Positions 1-11,271 are shown, counted from the first letter of the whole stretch. The stretch is 63,180 nucleotides of DNA, filler included, from Rhabdomonas costata (GCA_019059605.1; 53 parts of 53 records of this genome joined end to end with filler, not necessarily neighbours in it), one strand, 5' to 3'. Notes: generated by a model not told the origin, from the sequence alone. Program-made: numbers and translations.

Positions 1-1095
1 GTGGTGGGTGTGTTTGGGGTGTGTGGGAAAGCGAGTTGGGAGGGGAGCCCCTGTACAGAGCCGCCTGTGGTGTGCTGTGCACCTTACGGGAAAGGTTGGA
101 GAGAGGTTGGGGTGCGGGAGTCGCGGCGGCCGGTGGTTTGGGGGTAATATCGCCCTGCAATATTTTGCGCTGTGTTCTCTTTTTATTTACTGCTTGTTGC
201 TGTGTCGTGCATGTGGGTATCCCTGACGAAGTTCCAGTGAATTCTCAGAGGTGATGTGCGTGTGTCTGGTAAGGGATGGGGAGGACATGTAGTGGCCGGT
301 GGGTGACATGCATTTCCTTCTTCTTCTTTTTTCTATTTTTGGTGACTTGCCCTCGCTTGTATGAAGCTCCACCAATTGGTGCAGTTTTGCATGCTGTGTC
401 TGTGGTTGCCATGCTTGTCTTGCTGGCCGTTGCGTCCTGCAGCTATACTGCTCCCCATTTTCTTAGTGCCTCTTAGATCTGCAGACCGCCGCGTGTGCAT
501 GCCCACGGTGCCAGATCCTTGCTCCTCTCTGAGGGTATGGGAAGGAGCACATTGAGTCACACACTGAGTCGTGCTCACTGAATTACGAGAGTAAGCAGTG
601 ATGGGAGGGATATAGATATATATCGTCAAAAACTATGTTAGATGCCCCTGGTGGGTGGTGGTGGTGGGTGAGTGGGGCGTCCCCTCATCCAGAGCTCTGA
701 CATTATTCTTACATCCCGTTACATTGAATCACTTGCACAAAAGTTCAAGCTATTGAATTATTAAAAAGTTTTCGTCATTTTACAGTTAACAATAATAGCC
801 ATTACCGCTTAAAACTGTCAACACTCACTTCCCCCCCAAAGGTCATTTAGCCCCCAGGTGAGTTCAAGAGGGCCCGGAAGCGTTGCGAGTTGCTGCTTGC
901 TCCCTTGCGTTAGGCGGCGGTCCCCTGCGCCAAATATGGCAAAGAAGTCTACAGTTACAGCGAAGCACCCATCCTTTGTTTTCTGCTAGAGACTTCTTTG
1001 CAACATCTTTGCCGCTGTGTTTGTACTTTCCAAAAAAAAGCTTTCTTGGGTTCAGAGTCACAATGCCGTCAGGTGTAGACTGGGCAGCCATTAAA

Positions 1096-1195
1096 NNNNN
1101 NNNNNNNNNNNNNNNNNNNNNNNNNNNNNNNNNNNNNNNTTAATTAATTAANNNNNNNNNNNNNNNNNNNNNNNNNNNNNNNNNNNNNNNNNNNN
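1096..1195. other. Artificial contig linker (first of 52): N44-TTAATTAATTAA-N44
   Basis: The identical 100-nt spacer recurs about every 1.19 kb. The ORF-track peptides ending XXXX-LIN run into it. Confidence 0.99.
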
Positions 1196-1463
1196 CGTTA
1201 TTATGCGGTTTCGGTATGGGTGCCCGCTTTGTTTCGTATTGTTAGTTTGTCCGCATTCGCGTTGAGACATTTTCCCTTGCCCACCTGATGAACCTTGGTC
1301 AAGTACATTCGCGTTTACTTTTCCCGGGTGCCTCCTTTCTTCGGTGACTTTTTGGTCGAGTCGAAGATGTCGCTCACTTTTCCAGTGTGAGGAAGGGGTT
1401 TTCCTACCGGGATGCGGTTCGCATGCTTGGGGGGAGGGGGCTCAAAACTTTTCTGATTTACAG

Positions 1464-2280
1464 GACGTTTTCAAGATGCACGCAAACGTACGGTGCTTCT
1501 TTGACCTGCTGAAGGGCTATCTGGGTTCCCTGGATGATCCCAACAAGCCCACCGTTACCGACGACGAGTTCATTGTGAAGTGGATCACTTTGCAATGCTA
1601 CAACGAGACAGGTGACCGCCTCCACAGCCAGCTCAGGGCCAGTGCTTTCTCTGCACACGGAACGAAGATGGGCTGTTTTTTTGGTGTTGTGGGGAGAGAG
1701 TTCACCCCGGATCCTGTGAGCTGCTCTGCAGAGCTTTTCAGACGGACTCCAGCATGTTCCACTTTCAGTTGGTGTTATGCTCATTCTTTTCCATGCCAAC
1801 CAAAATAACCACATTGTCTCTGCATCCAGGAGGAAGCAAAGCAGTAACAGAGCCTGTTTGCCTCCCCAGGTGCATTGCGGTCTCGCTCTTAATCAATGTC
1901 TTGCCGCTTCACTTTCCTACATGCTTTCTGCTGCTCTTCCCCACCAACACCATTCCCTTCGCATTCCCAAACCCTAACCCACCGCTGTGCCCTCGAGCAT
2001 TCATTCCATCGTGTTCTAGTCCACTTCTTTGATCTCAATTTCAATGCGCCGCAGTGCTAGTATTCACGACCAGGGTGTATTCCCGTGTATAGGTGACCCC
2101 TGATAGTAGTACCTCTTCATTTGGCGTACCGCCCCCACCCTGCACAAAATTCTAAAAAAAAAAATTTCAGGGAAGTCCAAGATGATTAAGAAGACCAAGC
2201 AGTTCTTCGACATGCAGATCAAGTCCGCGATTACCACGGCGAAAGACGAGCAGAACCTCTCCTCCAACGCCACCCGCCTC
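1464..2280 (+). CDS. Two exons (1464-1611, 2171-~2280) of a hypothetical protein
   Basis: cag acceptor at 1463; GT-AG phase-1 intron 1612-2170; spliced reading ...WITLQCYNET-G-KSKMIKKTKQFFDMQIKSAIT... stays open with GC-rich codon usage. Confidence 0.7.
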
Positions 2281-2392
2281 ACACACCCCCNNNNNNNNNN
2301 NNNNNNNNNNNNNNNNNNNNNNNNNNNNNNNNNNTTAATTAATTAANNNNNNNNNNNNNNNNNNNNNNNNNNNNNNNNNNNNNNNNNNNNTG

Positions 2393-2689
2393 TACCGTGG
2401 GGCCAACTTCGAGGTGCCTCTAGAGGGGAGCCAGGGAAGGCTGCGGTGGGACTGCTTCTCCAGCGCCTCGCTGAGCGCCCACGCCGCGCGCAGCTTCCTG
2501 AAGCCTGGGGGGAGTCTGTTTGTGGTGCGGTCCGCAGCGGCGGTGGCGATGTTCTTCCTGAGCGCGTACATGGAGGAGCTGGAGTGCCTGGTGCCCCCGA
2601 CGGAGTTCCTGCTGCGGGACGCGTTACCGATCTCGACGCTTCGGATGATGGGGATTCAGGGCTCCGTGATGCTTCTGGAGGACCCCAAG
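2393..2689 (+). CDS. R-S-E clade mono-ADP-ribosyltransferase (ART) domain exon; 5' part of ART-NACHT gene
   Basis: YRG...LRWDCFSSASLS..AARSF...GSLFVV...LSAYMEELECLVPP contains the catalytic R, the S-x-S motif and E-x-E in the spacing of NAD:arginine ART / C2-C3-type toxins. It ends AAG|gtgtgt (phase 0). Confidence 0.75.
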
Positions 2690-2950
2690 GTGTGTGGGAG
2701 TAGGATTTTTTTCGAGGCGGGTATGTCCACCGGGTTTTTTAGCCATGAATCCACGAATATAATGTGTGGTTTTCCTTCCCTTCCTGTGGTTGCAATCTTT
2801 GCATATCGTCGTTGTAATATCCAGGATGGTTTTTGTACCGGATTTTGTAACCGCGTTTTAGTGCTGTGTTTGCCCACGTACTGGCGAAATAGTTTTTAGT
2901 GCAGCAACTAAGTTGTCGGGCTCTGCAATTTGAAATCGTTTTTTCAGCAG

Positions 2951-3481
2951 ACGGAAAAATCCGATGCCTTCTTTGCTCTGTGCTGGGCTGTGGCTCAGGC
3001 GGCGGAGCAGGGCGGGCTGACCTCGAAGCTCTTTCTGCAGCGCAAGCTGGACTTCCTGTTCGAACCGCTGCGGCAGAAGTACGTCCCCGTGCGGGCCACC
3101 ACGGACCGTGAGCACCGGGAGCCCCCCTACGAGCTGCTAGAGAAGCTTTGTGACAGCGCGTTAAGCCAGGGATCCCGCACGAAGGGATGGATCCCGGTGG
3201 ACCTTGTACTGTCCTCCGGGGGGGCGGGTAAGACGAGCACGGCGCTGCTCGTTCATCACCGGCTGCTGGAGGCCGCGGAGAAGGGCGTGTTTGGGATCTT
3301 TGTGTCTCTGCCCATGGTGGGCGAGGACCTGGCGGAGCCCGCGGCGCTGGGGAAGTTCATGGAGGGCTCGATGGGCGTAGGGCCAGCCGACTTCGAGACG
3401 GAGCGGGAAGGCAGCGTGGTGCTGATCCTGGACTCATGGGACGAGGTGGTTCCCAGGGTACGGGAGGCGGTGGAGCAGCAG
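2951..3481 (+). CDS. NACHT (STAND) NTPase exon, partial; 3' continuation of ART-NACHT gene
   Basis: ttttcagcag acceptor (phase 0); KYVPV pre-NACHT motif, Walker A SSGGAGKTST, IFVSLP strand and NACHT-type Walker B VVLILDSWDEV; truncated by the contig end. Confidence 0.85.
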
Positions 3482-3608
3482 CACANNNNNNNNNNNNNNN
3501 NNNNNNNNNNNNNNNNNNNNNNNNNNNNNTTAATTAATTAANNNNNNNNNNNNNNNNNNNNNNNNNNNNNNNNNNNNNNNNNNNNGTTGGGTTTGTCAAT
3601 TTGTCCAG

Positions 3609-3743
3609 AGACCAATGTTGTCGCGCTGATGGACTTCGACCTGCTGGCAGCGGTGAAGGCTGTGCTGAAGAAGCACACCGCGCCGCCCAACGAGGAGGTC
3701 CTGGTGGCCTGCGCCCGGCTGCTGGTGAACATTGGCCACGTGG
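3609..3743 (+). CDS. Single exon, armadillo/HEAT-repeat-like helical protein
   Basis: cag/gt boundaries, phase 1 at both ends; TNVVALMDFDLLAAVKAVLKKH...EEVLVACARLLVNI resembles an ARM repeat. Confidence 0.55.
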
Positions 3744-3989
3744 GTGTGCGTTGTGGTGTAGGGACGCACTGGTGCTTTTCTCTCTGACTTGGTGGTTTGG
3801 AACAACAACAGAAGGTGATAGGGACCACAGATCCAGAGGAAATGATAAAGTTGGTTATTAAAGTTGGTCACAGTTTGCTACCAACTTTTCACAGTTCTAT
3901 AGTTCCCCATCGAACGCCTGGCATGGCTTTAGCAGGTATGGTGATGTGAGTGGGGTCGGAGGCTCTGGTTACGATGAATGCAAGATGCA

Positions 3990-4677
3990 GGATGTAAGAT
4001 TTAGGCGAATTATATTTCTCTCTCACACACTAACTCACGCACTCACTCATGACCGATGCTGCACAGCTGCTCACACCGAAGCATGCATCCACCCACCGTT
4101 CGCGCAACAACCGGGGTACCGGACATTCAAGGATACATACGGACACACAGCGGCTGCACGAAGCATTAGCGGTAACAAACATAAGTTAACTGCCACATCC
4201 GCAAGGTAGAGCAGGGTGTGGTGGTGATAGGGAAGGGGACACAGAGGTCCCATTGGATCACATCATACTGTAAGACGATAGTTCTACTATGGTCCGAGGA
4301 AAATGGCTCTCGGCCGCCCGATGCCCACCAGAATCACACTATACCCCATCCTGGTAAAGGGCTTCTTACAGAAGCTACCGCCGGTGCCCAGCCCTTTCTC
4401 ACCTTGGAAGAAAGAGAAGCAGATCTACACTGACGTACCAACTTGACCCTTCCAAAGGCTGTGCAGGAACTCGAAGCACGGCGTCTGAAAAGCGTGCATG
4501 GAGATCAGCTTCTCCATGGAGTCGTATAGCGCAACCACCATTTGTGCAGAGTGCACCGCCCGGTGAACCTCTCCTGTATTTTTGCGAGAGTGAGTAAGTG
4601 AGTGAGTGAGTAGGTCATGAGTGAGTGCGTGAGTTAGTGTGAGAGAGATAAATATAATTCGCCTAAATCTTACATCC
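3990..4677. repeat. 65-bp inverted repeat pair (3990-4054 / 4613-4677), 63/65 identical
   Basis: ggatgtaagatttaggcgaattatattt...cactcatgacc and its reverse complement at the contig end. Confidence 0.95.
4439..4573 (-). CDS. Single exon inside the inverted repeat pair, hypothetical helical protein
   Basis: tacag acceptor and gtacgt donor on the minus strand, phase 1/1; EVHRAVHSAQMVVALYDSMEKLISMHAFQTPCFEFLHSLWKGQV. Confidence 0.6.
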
Positions 4678-4780
4678 ACANNNNNNNNNNNNNNNNNNNN
4701 NNNNNNNNNNNNNNNNNNNNNNNNTTAATTAATTAANNNNNNNNNNNNNNNNNNNNNNNNNNNNNNNNNNNNNNNNNNNN

Positions 4781-5453
4781 CATGGCGTCCATCGCCACAG
4801 CGTTCTCCTCCTCATCCGCGGTGTCGTCGGGGGCCCCCGTGCCCGATGGGGAGTACTTGCCGTGGATGGGCTCGATCAGAACCACTCCAAAGTTATCGTC
4901 CAGGACCTCAAACAGGCCAATCCGGATCTGGTTGAACTTGTCCTAGTTCCACAACCATGGACCCACCGTGCGCGCAACGCAACCCTGCAGCAACTTAAAA
5001 AGTTGGTTTCACCAGAACTGCTTACTAGGCTGTTCAGAGACAAAATTCCATTGGAATCCCATTCCTTAATAGCTATGTCCACCACCAAGATGGTCAGATA
5101 ATTAAAATTAGGCGCTTCAATGTACCCCATAATATTGCGTCTTCGGCAATTTGTGTGGTCATCTTTCCGATCGAACTTCACGCTGCGACATTTTAAAACA
5201 ACAAATTGAGAAGCAGACTCCCATAAAATGACATTTACGCACAATGAAAGACCTCGTGTGGCTTCCCTGTACACAGACAAACAGACAGATAAGCAATGAG
5301 GCGTTGGGGTGAAATACACTATTTCCAAACCTCGTCCAAGTCATCCTTGGCAGAGTTCGTGGTCACGGTGAGGTTCTGAAGGGTCACAAAACCGTCTTCC
5401 TCCACAGAGGTATCCAGGGGCTGCAGGCCCATCCGCCGCAGAACCTCCATAAC
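4781..5453 (-). CDS. Two exons (5453-5331, 4942-4781) of a hypothetical protein
   Basis: GT-AG phase-0 junction gives the open VMEVLRRMGLQPLD...AKDDLDE|DKFNQIRIGLFEVLDDNFGVVLIEPIHGKY... Confidence 0.6.
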
Positions 5454-5976
5454 CTGCGCGCACAGCGACAGCAGCGATTCACGGCAAAGAAACGTTCAAG
5501 AGAATCCCTTCCATAAATAACCTTTGACATCCGACCGGTGGGGAATATTATGTCGAAGAATGTCGGGATGCGGTGGTGTGTGTGCGTGGAAGAGTGCGTT
5601 AAGTACTCAGTTGCTGGCAACAGGAATGTTTCTACAACACCGAGAAAAAACGCAGCAATAGCGATAGCATAGATACTGGCCTGGGCACTCAGTGAGGTCA
5701 CATCCACTGTTGAGGCCCCACCATACTTCTCGCTGAAAAATTGAAAAGGCGTTTCGGACCCCAAGGTGTGGCCAGAGCCTGATAGTCGATGCCTGGTTGG
5801 TGACATAAACCTTGCCATGCTCTGGCTGTTGCTCCTCGGCTTCCAGAAACAGCCACGACTGTCAGAGAGACGTTCNNNNNNNNNNNNNNNNNNNNNNNNN
5901 NNNNNNNNNNNNNNNNNNNTTAATTAATTAANNNNNNNNNNNNNNNNNNNNNNNNNNNNNNNNNNNNNNNNNNNNT

Positions 5977-6693
5977 GTGGGGGGGCCGCTGAGCAGGGCC
6001 CCCCGCTTGCCCCATGTCATCCCTCCGAGCCCGAAGGGGGCGGTGGGCGGGATGGTCTCCAGGCTGAGGCTGACCACTGGGAAGAAGCATCAGACTGATG
6101 CGGAGCGGCTTGGGGCAGAGCTGGAGCAGTTTCGCTGTGCTCGGGTCCAAATCGAGGAGGAGTGCACTCAGCTGCGGCTGAAGCTACAAGCCATGGAGCA
6201 GCAACGGCAGAACGGGCAGCACGTCCCCAGCGACCCCGAAAGCGGCTCGGAATCAGACGGCGCTTCCCCGCACAAGCACACCCATGGGGGAGGCAAACAG
6301 AAGAAGAAGAAAAAGAAAGGCCGCAGGAGTAGCTCCTCGGTAGCGTCCGTATCGGCAGAGGAGGATAGTCCCCAGGTGCGCCACCTAAAGGAGTCCCTGC
6401 TGGCTGCGCAGAAGGTCATCGAGGAGCTGTTCGCGGGTCTGCAGCATACCCGCCAGAAACTGGCGAAGTTCCAGGCCGCCGTGGCGACGAACATCGTGGC
6501 GGACAAAGAGAAGTACAGCGCGGGGCTGGACAAGGAGCAGAGGCGGGCCCCGTTGGAGGACGAGGGGCTGTCCCTACGGCCCTTTGTGGAGTCCCTGGCC
6601 GCGGTGAAGCTGACGATGACGGAGAAGTGCGAGGTCTGCCCCATCTGCGGCAGCCCCACCAGCTACCTCTGTGACCACCGAGGACTCCTATAG
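5977..6693 (+). CDS. Terminal exon of a coiled-coil protein with a poly-K stretch and C-terminal Cys cluster
   Basis: 238-codon open frame with strong GC3 bias, heptad-like E/Q/L/K segments, KKKKKK and CEVCPICG before the stop. Confidence 0.65.
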   Translation: MGGPLSRAPRLPHVIPPSPKGAVGGMVSRLRLTTGKKHQTDAERLGAELEQFRCARVQIEEECTQLRLKLQAMEQQRQNGQHVPSDPESGSESDGASPHKHTHGGGKQKKKKKKGRRSSSSVASVSAEEDSPQVRHLKESLLAAQKVIEELFAGLQHTRQKLAKFQAAVATNIVADKEKYSAGLDKEQRRAPLEDEGLSLRPFVESLAAVKLTMTEKCEVCPICGSPTSYLCDHRGLL

Positions 6694-7170
6694 CCATTAC
6701 CCCGCACAATTGCACGACCTGCGAAAGGGCATGAGTCGAGGGGTCCCCCCTGCTGCCTTGAGCCACGAGCCACCCTGTAAGACTTAACCCCGCGCTATTG
6801 CCCTGTTTCGTCTCACTGTGACGCTTGTCCAATCTAGGCATTGTCAAGATCTGACAACATCCGTTATCCGAAAGGAGGAAGCGGCTTCGACGGCCTTTTG
6901 GTATGCACCCAAAGAGTATTGACTCCTTGAGTTTCTTTCTATTCCACTCCAGTCGCTGCATACACCGTCCGGTAATATCCTCCGTAACGGGCTGTGCCGG
7001 GGCTTTCCTTAACCTTAACAACCTCCTCAAGCAAGTGCAAGCGCAGTTCATTGACCGAAAACCACCAACANNNNNNNNNNNNNNNNNNNNNNNNNNNNNN
7101 NNNNNNNNNNNNNNTTAATTAATTAANNNNNNNNNNNNNNNNNNNNNNNNNNNNNNNNNNNNNNNNNNNN

Positions 7171-7276
7171 TCATTTGCAGGGAGGTCAGATTTTTCTTCA
7201 GGCTGCTGGGAACTTTTATTCCCAAGGCGGTTGTGAAGTAGTAAGAGTACATCACCGCGTGCACCACTGAGTTACC
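7171..7276 (-). CDS. Internal exon of an ELO/GNS1/SUR4 fatty-acid elongase
   Basis: After a ctag acceptor: GNSVVHAVMYSYYFTTALGIKVPSSLKKNLTSLQM, matching the elongase NxxVHxxMYxYY and KKxxTxxQ motifs (absent from the ORF track). Confidence 0.9.
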
Positions 7277-7800
7277 CTAGTTCAAAACAAAGATCCAGAG
7301 CAAAAACACGGGGTGGCCCTGCCGCAGTGCTGGCGAAGTCAAATTCCAAACAAAGCCCGAAGAAAGACGAAGGTTGGTGCATCGATGAATTATGGGGGAA
7401 ATCAACCACCCAACTGACCCCAAAACAAACTGCGCACTTGCGACATTTCACAAATTTCAGGTAGTCAGCGCACAATTATTTGGCACAGCGAGGTGGTATA
7501 AGAAAGATGATCTGCATGTGTAGACTCACGTCACTAGCAAACATCTAGCTCAAACAGACTCAGGCCAAGCAGAAGCAGACTTGGGGGTCTATTGTATATA
7601 CAGCAGGCCTCCGGAAACGCTGACTGGCCGGTCCTTGGAGTCAGAAATTTCCGAGCTTTTACCCTCCGCGCTTGTGGAGCCCCCTGCCGGCTCTTTCGTA
7701 CACCTTTTGCGCTGCAATTGCACCCCAGTAAACTAGCAGTAAAGTTACATTCAATACAGAGCAATTGGGGGAAATTGGTACCACGAGAGACAAGGGAAAT

Positions 7801-8258
7801 TTAGACGCGTGTTAGCATCGGGGCCAGGAATGCCATTGAGAAAAAGAGAGCCCAAGAAAAAATGTTGTGCATGTTGAAAGCGAGCGCTGAACCCCACGGC
7901 ACAAGATCCTGGGTATTAGAACATGGAATACGTAGTTCTTTACAGGCCTTGGACGGGTACCGGACGCAACGGCCACCTCACAAACAGGAACACCCCCCCC
8001 CCCATTTTTGAACACTGACGAAAACGAGCGAAGCAAAGAGCGAGAGATAGCGGGAGAAGGCGAGAGCACAGAAAGAAAGTGAAACAGACCGCTGCAGAGG
8101 CCGCTTCGACAACGAGGAAGTCGGACCGACCCCATTGTCTAGATCCATAATAACTAAACCAGTCCTCTTTGTCGGAGGATTCCCATCTCACTTTCATCCT
8201 GTTCACTTGTGAGGTGTCGAAATCGTAGTCGAATTCCATCACTCGGCCTCGCTTCCCC
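7801..8258 (-). CDS. Two probable exons (~8258-8090, 7947-~7801) of a hypothetical protein
   Basis: GT-AG phase-0 junction ...GRSDFLVVEAASAA|ACKELRIPCSNTQDLVPWG...; no family recognised. Confidence 0.45.
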
Positions 8259-10375
8259 CCACACNNNNNNNNNNNNNNNNNNNNNNNNNNNNNNNNNNNN
8301 NNNNNNNNTTAATTAATTAANNNNNNNNNNNNNNNNNNNNNNNNNNNNNNNNNNNNNNNNNNNNCCGGAGAAATGTCGATAGATTACACCATTTTCAACA
8401 AAATGTTGTCCATCATCTGGTTGTACCGTTTGTGAAATTCGCTTCTCCGCAGTTAAATCACAAGTGGCCGCGCAGTGCCCTGATGTGGCCGTTTCTGGCA
8501 AAGCTGCGTTTGCGTAACCACACGCGCAATCTGCAACGTGATATCCTTGCTCTAAAGTACGTTTTTTTATCCTGGGTTTCCACAGAAGTTTAACCATAAC
8601 CCAAACAATTGGGATGGTTCTCACTTACCAATGAAAACCATCTCGGTCACTGAGATCGTGGTATTCGTATCAATCATTAACCTTCCTTGAAGTATCAATG
8701 CTTCATGGTAACCTGTTTTTAAAATGCAAACCATGGGGCTTCCAGGCTGGAAGATTTCACCATCATCAGGAAAGTGAGTTCGCGTTCACCGGCGCCACAT
8801 GAGAGGAGGGCAAGCTGTTTCTTGAATGTTTGTATTCGGAGCTATGAATCCTATGTTCCAATGTTTGGCTATAGGTTGGTCTTTAATTTAACTACTTGGT
8901 TGTTTGCAACACCGTCCTGAAAATAAAAAGTTGTGAAATGTCGAAATGGAACACTCAAACCGGATGTAGTGAGTAAGTGAGAAGCTATGCAAACCACCAA
9001 CTCAGGAAGCACACAGGCATTTTGTCAAGATATTTACACTTTGGAGTAGAGCTTTGCACCATCGTACTTTCGTAGCCATATAAGAGTAATAAAAGCACTA
9101 CGTCTGAACTTGTAAATTATCCGGAGGCTCCAGAATTCTGCAAAGCAAAAGGTTTCTTTGCTTTCAAAAGAGCAAAGGAATCGTGGAGTGGGGATCTGAA
9201 ATTCACCAAATGCAGACGAAACTTCCAAAAAGCGGGGTCTAATTGTAAAAATAAATTAAGCAATGCAGCACCATGCTTTTTGTGTTCCGCCAAAGATGCA
9301 CTGAGAAATGGATAACACGGCATGATGGGACGATAGAATGACATACTGTTGTTGCGAACCTCGCGATGGAGTCTCGAGAAGAATCTGTGCAATTACTGGA
9401 AAACATAGTGTATTAGCTTCGCGGTCTGGTTTATTGCTAGAAGGCCGTTAACCACCCACNNNNNNNNNNNNNNNNNNNNNNNNNNNNNNNNNNNNNNNNN
9501 NNNTTAATTAATTAANNNNNNNNNNNNNNNNNNNNNNNNNNNNNNNNNNNNNNNNNNNNGGTGGGGGGGTTCCGGCAAGCGGAAAACACAATACCCATCA
9601 CAAATAGACAACAAAAGCCAGTTCACAGCACGCTTAAGTGGAGTCGGGTCACAATTATCACATTAGAAAAGCGTGCGCGTCAACCAGCCAAACCTTCACG
9701 GCAAGCTGCCAAGAAAACTCATTGCCAAACGCAGCAGAACATGCTAGTTTCAGTTTAGTTAGCACACCCGCAAAGATGAAGCTAGATAAAAATGGTTTCT
9801 TAGATGTCTGCCTTTTCAAAAGGCTCCGATCGCAGCAATTGACATCAGAAAGGCTAAATGCCGCACGCTGCGATGTCTTGCCTCTTCCTTGCCTTTGGTC
9901 CATCATCACAGTACTGATGTAAATTCGGGCTAGGCCGATGGACGTGCTGCTTATTCGATACCCCTTTGGCGGAGTCGATTTGGCAAGTCCGGTTTTCTGA
10001 ATTAATGCTTCCGATCGCAAGCACCGTTCGCTTGCAGAATTGATGACTCGAGTTGTGTCTTTGGGAGCGATGTGTCCCTAAACAAAAACACATCCTCCCT
10101 TTGTTGGTAAACTCAGAGGAACCAAATTTTGTTTAAAATGAAATGGACACGTGCTATCATCGAGCATAACAATGACAACAATCTTTCTTACTATAAGACA
10201 GCGCGGTAAGTCAAATTCAAGCGGCTTTACTACACATGAGAAATCGATGAACACAGGATTTCACGACTCAGAAGCAGCGCGGCAAGAACAAAGCCCTTCC
10301 AACCCCTGTTCTAAAACTTCCCCTTTCATTTTAACCGGCCAATTTCGCTGAATTCCGTACCTTGTTTAAAGTTTT

Positions 10376-10629
10376 GAATTCTGTCCTTTTGAATTTTCTC
10401 CTTTTTTGAATTTTTCCTTTTCGAATTTTGTCCTTTTTCGAATTTTGTCCCTTCTTGAATTTTGTCCTTTTTTGGATTTTGTCCTTTTTCGAATTTTGTC
10501 CTTTTTGAATTTTGTCCTTTTTGAATTTTGTCCTTTTTGTGCTCTTGAATTTTGTCCTTTTTTGAATTTTGTCCTTTTTCGAACTTTGTCCTTTTTGAAT
10601 TTTGTCCTTTTTGAATTTTGTCCTTTTTC
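10376..10629. repeat. Minisatellite, about 15 copies of a 16-17-nt unit GAATTTTGTCCTTTTT(T/C)
   Basis: Directly visible tandem units with point variants and no unique spacers. Confidence 0.95.
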
Positions 10630-11271
10630 GTGCTCCCATTTGCGTACTTCCGGNNNNNNNNNNNNNNNNNNNNNNNNNNNNNNNNNNNNNNNNNNNNTTA
10701 ATTAATTAANNNNNNNNNNNNNNNNNNNNNNNNNNNNNNNNNNNNNNNNNNNNTTTCCGCCTTTCTAAGTATTGCGCGCCGTGAATCGAACTCCAACTCT
10801 CGGACTCCAACTTCCATAGTTGCAGTTACTGCGTTGAATTTTGTTTTGACATTCATTACGCTCATCATGAGATGTCGCGGAGTTCCAACCCGTTCCCCAA
10901 GGAAAAACGTAAACCATTCCACCACAGTGTCAAAACATGTTTTTCATGTAACATTGCGAACAACAAACCCACAAAGGGGTGGGGGCTGCTTCAGACGGCA
11001 GGTGGGCATAAAAAAGAGAGGGAAGAAAGGTACATAAGACAGGGTGCAAAAGTACACAGCAGCCACGTCTAGCAAGCCACCCCCGCCCCCCAGACCCCCG
11101 TAGGATGACAAAACAGTTCCGAGAATGGGTAATTGTGCACGAACGGAACATTGTGTGGGGAGTTGAGGGAGAACGTCACTGGTTGCACAACAAACAAAAA
11201 CATGACAGAAGTACAGAGGGGAGGTTCAGAGGGAGAGGATGATCCATCGGGATGAGGTCACCAGCAGGCGG

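Noticed and set aside
1140-1151. Regularly spaced TTAATTAATTAA as a repeat array or nanochromosome boundary
   Set aside because: It is always embedded in N44 padding and is an artificial concatenation linker.
5454-5600. Euglenid non-conventional intron
   Set aside because: No in-phase GT/GC donor is evident, but neither end pairing nor the CAG/CTG signature could be shown without a transcript.
8365-10330. Cys-rich broken frames as a CxC/KDZ transposase or viral remnant
   Set aside because: The composition is suggestive, but I found no diagnostic motif I can support.
10376-10629. CRISPR array, or the K-rich/F-rich ORFs 10331-10639 and 10406-10705
   Set aside because: The units are contiguous with no unique spacers and no cas genes are present. 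The ORFs are translations of a minisatellite.
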